Below, piece by piece: positions 24,632-36,771 of a stretch of 64,000 nucleotides of DNA. This stretch comes from Phoronis australis (Eukaryota; Animalia; Phoronida): positions 89,135 to 153,134 of the forward strand of contig NMRA01000001.1 of the NCBI GenBank assembly GCA_002633005.1, in the 5' to 3' direction. Within the stretch, counting starts at the first letter, position 1, and every line of letters begins with the position of its first letter. Made by a program: the position numbers and the translations under genes. The notes under the pieces are model-generated. The model was not told the origin of the DNA and ran no database searches. It worked only from the letters and a program-made list of their open reading frames with translations.

Positions 24632-27498
24632 AATGCAAACGTGACGTAGTATGAGTAAACGTCTGTGCCTCAATCAGTTGTGAAGCTACAAAGGCAACAA
24701 ATTCGGGGCATTCCAGTTCGTACATGTACGTTAATAGACAGTATCGATAGGTAGTCTGGATATGTCTGTGTTTTCAACTGCCGGAGGCCGGCAGGCGACC
24801 GTGACCAGTCTGGTGAACTGTAACTTCTTCTCATGTTATTGTTATCAGTTAAATTTATTTCAAATAACAACCTTGTAGTTACACTTTTCGCACACATTTC
24901 TGTATTGATTGATGCATTTTTAGCGCCAGAGCTGTGTGTACACTCATCTGTACCCTCCTGTGCCCAAGGCTAGTCTATATTGTGAGAGCTGCCGAGTCTA
25001 TGTGGGACCTTATGGACAAAACTGTTCATTTGGTCAAAACTCTACAATATGTATAATTTAACCCAGCAAAACCTTGCAAAACCCTTAAGGACAGATTCAA
25101 TTTTCGAATTGAAAGTTGTTAATTTCATACACTCTGATTTTCTAGAAATTTGCACGCCTGGAGCACGGTCAGGTGAAAGAAGCCGGCAAATTTCCCAGTT
25201 CGGCTGTAGAATGCCTGGGTTTGTAGGGTGAAATGCCAGAGGCTAGTATTAACTATGTTTTGTGTAATAAATAATGATCACCCTTGCGTATTGAAATTTA
25301 GACTTGACAAACTGTTCAGGTTTAGGACTGAAGGTAAACTGTCGAGGCCCCTCCCTCCAATTGGGTGAATGAACGTCATGGAACTTGAGCGCGGTCTCGG
25401 CGTTTCTGGCATCAAAATCCCTTGAAGTTGAACACCATTCCGTATCGTCAAACAGATATTGTACCCGAAACTGAATCAAAGAAATAATAATGTTGTGGGT
25501 TGATGATGATGATTATGTTGGCTACACCTGTGGTCGTTTTTACTACTGCCACTCGACTAGCCAGCTTGCCGACCAGTTTAGCTCCCACACCAGTTCAGGC
25601 AAGAAAACATGACGGCGTTCTGTCGTTCAGCAACTTTTCCAGACGTGAGGGGTTCTGAACGTGCGATAATATCTGGCTCCTTTAGTAACTGCCCAGCACA
25701 GTCGCTTGTCCCTTATGACAACAAGCAGGACAATTATCTCCCAGGCTTCAAAGGGTTACTGAAACCTGGCAGAATGGATTGTCTTAACTTCTGTTATAGT
25801 TGGGCGATTTTGGTGATTCAAAAACTAAACATGAGCATCATTTGACAAGGGATTCAGAAATGCTATTGATTTATGTTCAAGTATCACGTAAATTTCATTT
25901 TGGCAGCACAGCCCAGTCAGACTAGATACGATCTAATGGGAGATTAGAGCGATTATCGAACGAAAGAGAGTCGGCTCTCCAACCATAAATGCCCGGCAGA
26001 ATGGAGTTAATCAGTCGCGTAAGGTATTAGCCACAGGGGTGATCTTCCCAACTTGTTGTTGGGCTATAGAATCGAACAAATTGGGAGCAACGGGAAAACG
26101 CCGTAATGGTCCCGATGGGACTGCTAGAGGTCCAGTTCTACAGAATCTGAGCAAAGTTTTTCCCAAAATAATCAACGGGCTTTTTACTAGCGATATCCCA
26201 AACATATAATTCTAATTTTTTTTTCAAAAGTCTCGCTTCACCCACAGGTGAATTAACAAATGATTGACATCGTCACTCACATGGCCGCTTCTATAGCTAT
26301 TCGACTTCGACCGACTGCATCTAAAAAGCAGACAATCGAAGGAATTATAATTTATTTACATTTGCAGTCACTAACACTGCCATAATTTTTCTTAAGGAGT
26401 TAAATTGCGTGGCGAGGAAATGTCTTTCGTGATGTTTCTATTCAGAAAACCTAACGCACCCGACTGTCTTTTATTTTTTAAAAATCAGTGAACTATGAAT
26501 TAATATCATAATAACTATAGATAACACCCTAAAAAATTCTTAACTCCTGATTTTGTATCAACTTTATTGCTTTAATGACTACCACGTAAAATAGACAGGT
26601 TCTCCTCTTTCAGTAGCGCGGTTTTGCGTGTTCTAGCGTCACCATCTAGCTTTTTTTCACAAGAAAGTCGAGAGTTGAGTTACATAGACGTACGAATCTC
26701 GCGAAGGAAGCAATTGTGACCACATACCTGTTTCGCTCGTGATAATACACAGAGTCGTATCATGCATTTTCCCACATTTGAATGGAAGGGTCCCAGTCGG
26801 AGGTAGAAGGGTTCAAACATCAATGTGGTCAGTTTCCAGATAGATACCAGTTGCGGATTCAGAGGGGGCGCCAAGGGGGCCATGGACTCCCTGAAATTCT
26901 CCATTTGGCAGTTCGGGGGTGTAAATGTCTGAGGGGCAAAATCCTGGTTAATACTCTGCCCTGCCCCACCCTGGATCCGCCCGAGATATCATTACGTCTG
27001 GGTGCGCCTACGCCCCCCGCGACACCAAATGGTTCCAAGTGTTTATTGAATGAATATCTACCGGCTGGGGTGTGTCCTTAGTTTGATACCAAACGTTATC
27101 ATTGAAATGTTTCATTCAAAGAGTCTGGAGCCCTTTTAGCTTGAACGCAAACCAAAATAGCGTGCAGATCGCATCATTCACACCGACTCGACTAAAGTAC
27201 GACAACTGATTTTTTTTTTTCGTTCCCACCAAGTTTTTTTCGGGTCAGTGCATACGCATTGCGAATATTGTTTTTATGTACTTGGTTAGGCAAAAAGCCG
27301 TCAGTACAAGCGTTCTCAAGCAGTCGGTTACATCTACACACATTTCTAAAACATTCCATGACCGTCAGTTTTGTAAGATACGGACAGTGACGGACGTCCG
27401 CCCAGACGCATGCATTATGGACAGGTACATCCAAATAGCAATAACTGTACTGCAGGCAAACGTCGTTTTAAGGTGAGTGTACATGTCCCAGTCATTAA

Positions 27499-28379
27499 AG
27501 TCCTTCTCTCACGCGTTGTTAACCCTTATTACATGGTTAGAGGATGTTATAAGGATCCAAGAAGTACCTACCCCATAACTAATACACGATCCGTACTCGA
27601 AAACAGTTTAAATGAACGCGCCACTCACGATTCGCACCCGAAGAAACACCGCCATTTTGAACTTGCTGCGAACCCGGAAGTACAATTCATTCAGGAACCN
27701 NNNNNNNNNNNNNNNNNNNNNNNNNNNNNNNNNNNNNNNNNNNNNNNNNNNNNNNNNNNNNNNNNNNNNNNNNNNNNNNNNNNNNNNNNNNNNNNNNNNN
27801 NNNNNNNNNNNNNNNNNNNNNNNNNNNNNNNNNNNNNNNNNNNNNNNNNNNNNNNNNNNNNNNNNNNNNNNNNNNNNNNNNNNNNNNNNNNNNNNNNNNN
27901 NNNNNNNNNNNNNNNNNNNNNNNNNNNNNNNNNNNNNNNNNNNNNNNNNNNNNNNNNNNNNNNNNNNNNNNNNNNNNNNNNNNNNNNNNNNNNNNNNNNN
28001 NNNNNNNNNNNNNNNCAAAAAAATCAACGACCACTAACTACAAACTATAAATACACTACATATGCAAACGAATCACGATATATTACTAATAAAACAAAAT
28101 AATGAAGACTTTTCGAGCAAGCCATAGCACATTCAGTTACAAGGAAAAAATGGCGGCGTTCAGGACAAGTTCCTGAACTGATGAGCCGGAAATGTGGGTA
28201 CGGAAATAACCGATGACAACCGGTAATCATACGCTCACAGAAAAGGGTCAAATACTGTTAAAAAATCGCTTTTGGCAAGAAAGGCGAAAAGAATATAAAG
28301 AAAGGGTGTCGAAAATAAGAAATTATGTAGTAAGTATTTTCGGAAACTGGAACCACATGGGCAGTTTGCAAGAAGGACT
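27499..28379 (+). mobile_element. Kolobok-like non-autonomous element spanning an N gap
   Basis: TTAA|AGTCCTTCT...AGAAGGACT|GTAA. Both sides of the gap match 52914-52700 and 51640-51252 in reverse orientation. Confidence 0.7.
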
Positions 28380-28429
28380 GTAACTTCTTTGAAAGCGATC
28401 TTAAACCTATAGTGTATGTTCAAGATACA

Positions 28430-29628
28430 TAGTGTCGATAAATTATGTTCCACTCAGTCCGATGTGATCGCAAGTAACCTCCCTCTTATTGAAAGCTTTC
28501 GATTTTTGATATGTTTTAATGAATTTATCGAAAGTCATACATATCCAGGATCCCTTTGAGTTTGATTTTAAAGAATCTTCCAAAAGGAAGGAATAACCAA
28601 TGACGAAATGCTTTATTTGAAAATATAGTATTTGCACGATTTTACTTGATAATTTTTTTCGGACCACAACATGTAGTAAACAATTGCTCGAAATTCAAAA
28701 ATTGTACACTTATCATGTGTTGCACACGGCTTTTCCGTTTAATAGAAGACTACAATTATTATTCAATTCATAAAAATGGACTGGCATTCCTCCAAACTGA
28801 ATCTTCGACCTTCACCATAAAGGAAATGGCCACAAAATTCTATATTTTGCTCTTTGTGGTTTAATAAGCAATGAATGAACAAAGTTTTGCTGCCGAAGCG
28901 AACATATTGCTCTACTAGAGGGGTTTGTTAACTTGCGGTAACTATCAAACTATTAAGTTTTGTAAAAGAAAAATTATTGAAAGTAAGAACTTAAATAATC
29001 GAACAACTAAGTTATTTTAAAAGAAAAATTATTGAAAATAAGAACTTTACCAAGAAGTTAGAAGTCAAAAAAGCCTTATTATTTACTTTGTTACAACAGG
29101 ACAATTCTGCATTGGCAAATGAAGTTAGACACCAGAGAAACAGAGAATTAGAACATAATAAGGATGAACAAGTGAAGGGACACATGCTTTCCCTCGCAAA
29201 TTGGATAGAGCAAGGCGAGGAACCACTTAGAAAAGGGAAATTATGCTTATAAAATATTACTAAAATAAATACTCACCAAGTCAATTTCATTTCAAATTAA
29301 AAAATATTGCTTACCGAAGTCCAAAATTTCTAAAAATTGTTGTATACGCGTAAATTTTACTCTCAAAAAGATTTGATTTTGCTCTGGATCATTTAAACAT
29401 TCAATAATTGTGAAAGTAAAACAAAATGATAAGCCTGTCACAATTATAGAAACTCCAAATTTTTAAAAATACATGCAGAATAACAAAACGTTTGGCTCTG
29501 ATGACTTCTCAACGGAGTTCTATATTTTTTGTGGCTGATTTATCTTTGTTTTTAGTGAGATCGCTCAATAATACTTATATCATGGTCATTTACCTGACAG
29601 TCAACTCCAAGGAGTAATATATATTATA
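28430..29628 (+). mobile_element. Decayed Tx1/L1-clade LINE ORF2 fragment
   Basis: Remnants ELEHNKDEQVKGHML..NWIEQGEEP..LEKGNY and MQNNKTFGSDDFSTEFY..DLSLFLVRSLN..SQLQGVI resemble the WxEEGEK and KSPGxDGFxxEFY motifs. Confidence 0.75.
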
Positions 29629-29630
29629 AT

Positions 29631-29897
29631 GAAGGAGAGACAGAGAGAGAGAGGGAAGGAAGGAGGGAGGGAGGGAGAGAGGGAGGAAGGGGGGAGGGAG
29701 NNNNNNNNNNNNNNNNNNNNNNNNNNNNNNNNNNNNNNNNNNNNNNNNNNNNNNNNNNNNNNNNNNNNNNNNNNNNNNNNNNNNNNNNNNNNNNNNNNNN
29801 NNNNNNNNNNNNNNNNNNNNNNNNNNNNNNNNNNNNNNNNNNNNNNNNNNNNNNNNNNNNNNNNNNNNNNNNNNNNNNNNNNNGGGAGGGAGGGAGA
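29631..29897. repeat. Purine-rich (GGGA/GA) microsatellite flanking an N gap
   Basis: gagagggaaggaaggagggagggagg on both sides of the gap 29701-29883. Confidence 0.9.
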
Positions 29898-32595
29898 AAC
29901 AAACTTTGTTTTAAATCGTACCAGTATAAAGCATACATTGTTATATGACTGGATGGCCAGCAATGGCACGGGCCGTTAATAGCTGACCACTGAGTAACAA
30001 TAAATTAAATAGATAATAAAACTAACAAGAACATATAAACTAACAACAAAAAGTACATGCACAGTGTAATAAAATACAAACACAAAACGTGCCAAGAGTG
30101 GCGTAGAAGAAAACCCGAATCGCGGGAATAATATCTCGTTGGACAATGGTATAAGCAATGACCAATGGTACGGACAAGGCATAATGCGTGTTTATGATCC
30201 CTCACATTCTAGGGATGAGCTTATGACCTATGACCACATTGGCTACATTTTATGTTTTTCTGCTCCGTTCACTGTTTTCCTAAGTGCGCGTCATGGTATC
30301 CGAAGCCTATTGAGGAGTCATTCCTGTCTCTATGAATTTCAAGTTATTCTTCGGGCTTTAACTAATTTTAATTGTAATAATGTAAACAAACCTGTTCTTA
30401 ATAGTATCATCGTGTCTTAACCATGTACTTAAATGGGAAAGTTGTTTAGATATTGCACAGCCAGGTGGCGCACTTATAACATGTTGCCAGTTAATTTTAC
30501 TAAAGATACAAAATGGAGCTGGTTTCAAGTAAGATTTATTCGCAAGCTTACTAGTACTGATAGTTTTGTACAGAAAATTGTCGTAATGAATTAACGTTTG
30601 TGTTCTTTTTGTAATGGCTACTCTGGAGATCTTGTTCATTTGCGCTGGTCTGTACAATGGTTTAAAATTTTTGGATGTCAGTAAACCACTGGATCGCATC
30701 GAGAGGGGAGAGGGGGAGCCAACTACTCCACATCGGAAACAAACAATATGACGGTGGCTTTCCCTAACACTAACGTTGTCCTCAATGCCTGCCCCTATGC
30801 ATTGCTCAAGTGTAACCTATTAAATAGTACGAAAGAGCAATTTCATCACTTGACTTGAAGTTTTGCATTAATTGACTACTGAGATAGAAAAAAAACACTT
30901 GAAAACGCTGTGCACTGATCTGTATTAGCATTCAATATTTTGTGACGCCAGGCCTATTGAAAACTAGTCTGCATGCAAAATACACGGTGCAAGGAAATTG
31001 CCGAACAGTCATTTCAAGCATTCAGATGTCACCAACTAATGTATTTTGCGTGGCTGGTTGTCACGGAATACATTCCTGTAGCCTACTGCATTCTCAGTCA
31101 TAGAAGGACGAGTTTTCACTTGTGTAGTTAGCCAGGCGGGTTTGCTTGCGTAAAACTTATACTATATAATGGGTACCTGGCATGGAGTCGCATTGTCACT
31201 CGTGAGGTGGCTCATATATGTAGTTTTTGAACAACGTTCCTGATATCTTGCAGCTGTCGTAAGTTTTCGTGTGAACAACACTTAAAAGCAACTAAAACTC
31301 AACCATGTTCGGCTCGGTGATCAATTTTTGGAACTTCATTGTCGCTGTTGCTCTACGATTCCTCTTACTAGGGTTGTGATATCACAAAAATTACACTGAA
31401 AATACTTACACCGTGAAAATGAGGTACAATATGCCAAGAACACCAAATTTTTGTAATGGCGTCGGTTGAATCCAGTTTTTCACAGCACTTTCTGTTCATT
31501 TTCAGTGATGGTGAATTGATCGCGTGGGATAAAAGTGCTTCTTTGCTGCAGTGTCTAGAAATGCAATCTACGGAACATTTTCGTCAGAGTCCTTGTAAAT
31601 TTTCGAAAATTGGCCATGTAGGTCTCTGCTTATAAAAATTCGCCTTCCTCATGAATTTTTTTTAAACAAACACTCAGCAAACAAAATTTTAAAAAGCTCC
31701 AAAGAAGTTGCAACATCATTCCCTACATAGCTTCAAGGCTTTGCTCGGCCATTTTTGCCAGACGTTTCGTTTTTGCTTGATAATTACAGCATCCACATGC
31801 GTAGACTACTTTACTTGTATCTGAAGACGAAACCAAGTCCAGTTTCTGAAAATTGTTTAAAGCGGTATTCTGCAAACGTGGTGATTTACTTCAAATATAA
31901 CTTACCATAGGGCTTAGAGACAAAACTCCGTGAGAGGAATGCCAAAGCAGTGTTCATTAACCGCGATAATACGTACTTGAATTTGGCAGCTCATGACGCA
32001 CTAGCTGATAAAACCATCGTTACTTTTTGAAATGGTACAAACAGTGCACGTGTTCTTCTCAGAGTCAATAAACCACTGGCAAAGGATGCATGAAAACCTA
32101 AGAACTGGTAGCAAATAAAGACTTGGACACAAGGTAAAGTACTTGTGAAGGTGCTGTTGGGGCCATTATAATTTAATTTGATTCGTGTATTAAAAAGCAA
32201 AGGTAATGTACAGTAGACAAATGACAAACAGACGAACGCACACACCACACTCACGCTCACGCATTAGGAAACCTGCCAACAAAATTAGAACCCGTGTGTA
32301 CTAAAGAAAAATGATCCAGAGAGAACCATCTATTATTAAATTTTTCATATTCACAACTTCCGAAATATTTATGTTTTCCCTTCTTGGCTTCATTTGGAAA
32401 TCTGATTGAACTTCTTCAGTCCACGACTTACGATAGATTCAAGTCAACTGTAACAGGCCTGAAGTGGGCTTCACTGTTGCTGATATTTGCGTCTCAGTTA
32501 CACCACTTCCCCATATTTTCGCTTGGAAGTGTTTGGTAACTAGCTATGAGTAGTTTTGTAATTTGCTATGTTGGTGTAGTTTGCTCATTTTCGTG

Positions 32596-32723
32596 TACGC
32601 CGCATAGTAATTACTTTAGGATCCGAAATAATTACTTTACGCCCCTAACAAGAATTAACTTACGCACGTAATTTAATTTCGTGAAGTAATTATTTGCGGC
32701 GTAAAGTAATTATTTGCGGCGTA
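32596..32723. mobile_element. Small MITE with internal repeats
   Basis: TACGCCGCATAGTAATTACTTTA...TAAAGTAATTATTTGCGGCGTA inverted ends with repeated aattacttt/aagtaatt units. Confidence 0.65.
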
Positions 32724-33901
32724 CGGCGTAGTGTTCACCCATTTGGCCACCCACAGCTAACGCATGGCGTATGACTTTTCATGTTGCTTGACCTTCGAAG
32801 TGCCGTTGGCATGCTCCCTATTTAAAAGCTTTGATAGTATGCGAAGCGTTTATTCAATTTATTTTGGCGATAAAATTATTAACTGTCGCGTAAATTGATA
32901 ATTATTTTACAAAACAACTGGAAGGATTTGAATGTCGATAAAATATCGAGGCAGCGGTCTTAGGCATGGCTTTTCTAAGCATTTTTAGAGTTTCACTTCT
33001 TATTATTTAACACTTGTGAATAATAACATTGCCGGATTTATAGAGGGGCAAAGAGGCAATTGTCCCTTGCCGCACCTTCGAGAGGGAACCGAAGATGAAA
33101 GGAAACACCTTAATACGGAAGGCTAAATGTCAACAAAAGGGAAAAGGGCTACAATTAATTGCATCATCGTGAGACCCTCCGAGAAAAAGTTTAAAATTTA
33201 CGATTTCATAAAAATTAAAAACGAAAATAGAGGCAATCGATTACAACATCATGGCCCGTGTCTCTGTAACCTGTCCCTTAAGAAATTATCAGTGAAAAGC
33301 ACGAAACGGGTGGCCGCTTGGATGCCTTCAACGGGCTCCTTCCTTGAACTGCTCCACCAATTGAATGGAAATATAATTCCAAACATAGGGATGAACTTTA
33401 ATTGATGCTATCTGTCACTTTTTCAATTTTGGTTGAGACAATGTGATATACAATATCGAGAAGAACCGATAAGAGAGTCACACAGATCGCTCAATTATCC
33501 TTTTCCAGAGCGGGCTCCTTGAAAAAACAATAGTTTTGCAATACCTTTGTCTCCTTGAATAAAAAATCCAGTGAATTAATATGGTCTACGAATATTTTGT
33601 TTATAAATAAAACAACAAAAATAAAATAGAATATGAATGCATTTTGGAACCTAACGCAGTTAACAGTCCAAACAAATTGAAAGCTTTTTAGTAAAGGAGA
33701 TGTGAAAAAATAATTATCTTCTGCTAACTTTTAACGGAAAAAGGCAAAGTATGAAGTAATATGTAAATTAAACACTAATTGTTATTTAAGCAATATGTTT
33801 GTAATGTATACTCACTATGGTATCAACTTGTGAAGTAAGTCTTCAAGTGATATGTACAACACAGTGAGTATTGTACTCTTTCAAGAATGCTAGGCACATG
33901 T

Positions 33902-34128
33902 AGCAATCTCAAAACTTTATCATGTCTTTCTCGAATTTACTCGAACTTTTACTGGGAGTTTATTGGAGGTCACGCTTTCCTGCGAAGTACACAGAAAGTT
34001 GAGAATTACTTAAAATTTAGAGTACTTTTGGGTGTGTACTTCTTGGTGATTTCTAAAGCATCAGGGATTACTCAGAGTATTTCATTAAGTTACGATTACA
34101 AGGGACTGAGTAAAGTTTGACGATTGCG
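33902..34128. mobile_element. MITE-like element with subterminal GAGTA repeats
   Basis: Imperfect inverted ends gcaatctcaaaacttta / taaagtttgacgattgc. Confidence 0.45.
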
Positions 34129-36471
34129 AGTCTAAACTTCAATCCCTTGAACGCCATCTTGTTTCCGTGTCAGAAAAGTAAAAGGCACGTTGACGTTGTC
34201 TTTCAGTTTGACCGGCGTACCTAACAGCGTATGCACTTATTATTACCAACTATCGTATAGCCAGTGGTACAGGACACGTTACACAACAAGTTGCTTGGAC
34301 TGGGACTTCCGGTGCACAAGATATCAGTAAGTAGAATGGTTTGCAGTTTTGGAGGAATAACATTCAATAGACGCCACTGAAATGCCGTATAACATACTGC
34401 GTCTGTCCACGACACTGGTAAGGCGCTAAAACACCGGTCTTAGTTCTTGTCACATGGCATTCCAAAGACATCCGAGTACGTCTTGTAATACCGGCGCCCG
34501 TTCTGAGAAAACTGGGTTAGCTGGGAGAAACCTTCAACTTATTCATTGTTAAGACATAACTTAGATTTGTCTTAGTACGTTCCAATAAAAATGACCTTAA
34601 GTTTGATTTAAGTTTTTGTCCTAAATTGCCTCAAATTTGACGTACATGTAGTTCACCAGTTTTAGAAGTTTGTAGTTTGGGGCAAAGCTAAGGTACAAAC
34701 AAACGCGCGTGCGCACGCATGCACGAATATTATTTGTTATTCATCAAATGTACAGCAACTTTGAAAGAGTACCCTGCCCATTAAATGTGCGAACAACCGT
34801 GCGTTTAAGCTGATGGAATGCCGTTTTATTTTCGCATTGATGTAATTTTGTCCGCACAATCCGATTTTTCAATATGGCTCCCTATACATTTGGCCCACCA
34901 TCAGGAATATCCGGTTTTCTTGCTAGACTTTTGAATCGCAGAAGTCATGAAGAAACAGTTATTTAAACAGATCCATTAGTCTTATACGATAATCGAGTAC
35001 TAAGTCATATTCGGGAATTCGGAGTGTGCAGACAGGATCTTTGACTGGTTTCTTACAGGTCAAAATACAGGGTCGCCTATAAAAGGCAAGACAAGCTAGG
35101 CTGTTGTCAGGGCTATACGGACAACGGTTCTTCGTTTTGCATTCGTAAGTATTAGTTTTGTGTTCTTGCATAAATGGAAGGAATATCTGTAATTTTCCGT
35201 ATGACGTCATGGTGTGCATTTCTGAAAAAAAAATATCCGCTAGGGCAACAGATTTTACGCCAAGTCCTACACCCGTCTTTATTGGCAGAGTGTTGAGTGT
35301 ACTAGAAATGTATTCTCGAGCTTAAAAAAGCAGGGAAGATGCACTCTGGTATTTCCGTTCATGCCTTACACCATTGTGCGCAGCAACTGGACCATAAAGC
35401 GAAGAATAGTTGATACATGGATTTTAAGGCCAATATCTCTCTTTGTTTGATGGATGATATCTGATACATTGCTCATACATAGACTTAGTGAAAACTGTTT
35501 ATTTGTCCTAGCCATTTTTACATTGAATTCCTGATGATTGAACATGTTGTTGACGTTATGTTTTCTCAGCTCTGGCACTTACTGAAGTTTAAATAACTTG
35601 TCACCCAAGCTAGAGGCTACATATATTGTCAATATGAACAATTTACGTAAAAAGTATTACATTTTACTGGAGCTATGTTGAATCAAGTAGATAATGTTCC
35701 AAACCAACACCAAAGTTCTCAAGATTGTCTTATTATGGTTGGTTAGTTGAACTTTCGTGTGCGGATACAACGATGAACGGAGTATTCCAAGTTCGATCAA
35801 GGAATCTCAACATCATAGCAAGCGGTCGTGTATGCAAGGATCAGTTACTACGCGCATCGAAAAATTACAGATTCTACCAAACTTTGCACACGTTTGAAAG
35901 TTCATAATACTGCTATAAGTACAATTGTCAGGAAGTCAGTGTGCTTCATGGGTTGCCGGGGTTGCATAAACAGTTGGATTCATTCCAAATTAATATGCTT
36001 TGCGCGGCAAACCGTTGCATAAGTTTGTCTTACATACACAGTATAACGACGAACTGAAAACGAGGAATATTGTATAGAGTGAGCGTGTGTTTGAGAAAAA
36101 TGGAAACAATGAGTATGCTGTCATAACCAAAGAAAAAGAAACTTGAAGCTGGCTATCGTGTCGGAGGCAGGTTATAGGAAAGTTAAAACAGTTACCAATT
36201 TTAAAATGTTAATCGATTGTTATTAAATAAATTGATTAATTGTGCTCAATTATTGTTAGGCTTGTATGTATTTGAACGGAATTTAACTTTGCAGCGCTAT
36301 TCACCCATCATTACATACAGTAGCAACAACCCATGGTACTTGTGCGTAAATAACCTCATTTAAGCAATTGTGGTCGGTTGCATGGAACAGTTCCAAATAC
36401 ATGAAGGAACCCAATTAATATTACATCTTTTCACAGCAGTTCTAGAATTTGCAAAAACATATTAAAGTATT

Positions 36472-36645
36472 CATCTACGAAGCTCCAATCATAGTTGCCA
36501 GCAATGCTCTTTCATTGACTTTGCAATAATAGACCAAGCAGAAACGACAAAGGAGCATAAAATTCGCGAGGCTCTACACATCAGTTGGTGCAAGTCCAAT
36601 CTCAATAGGCAACTGGAACACCACAGGTTGTCATTGGTGGTCTAG
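36472..36645 (+). pseudogene. Penelope-like element GIY-YIG endonuclease C-terminal remnant
   Basis: HLRSSNHSCQQCSFIDFAIIDQAETTKEHKIREALHISWCKSNLNRQLEH..* fits FxILD...LKIKEAxxI...PxLN. A hammerhead motif follows ~85 nt later. Confidence 0.75.
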
Positions 36646-36728
36646 TTTATCGTCACTCCCTGTAACTGACAGTATCTGCGCTTCATTACTTGTTGCTGGG
36701 CCTAGCTAGGTGGCCACTATATTCTCTC

Positions 36729-36771
36729 TTCTGATGATGGTGCTTGAATAAATGACACCGAAACATGTCGA
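36729..36771 (+). ncRNA. Minimal type I hammerhead ribozyme (Penelope-associated)
   Basis: CTGATGA-T-GGTG..loop..CACC-GAAAC-AT-GTC: complete core, palindromic ACATGT stem III and a GUC cleavage triplet ending at 36769. Confidence 0.8.

Noticed and set aside
27410-28102. Long ORFs of 115-230 aa (and those at 29601-29979)
   Set aside because: Artefacts of translation through N gaps.
28170-28215. CTGATGAGCCGG..GGAAA hammerhead-like string (also 51420-51455, minus)
   Set aside because: Stem II/GAAA register is not consistent between the two copies, there is no stem III plus NUH, and it lies in a DNA-transposon-like element.
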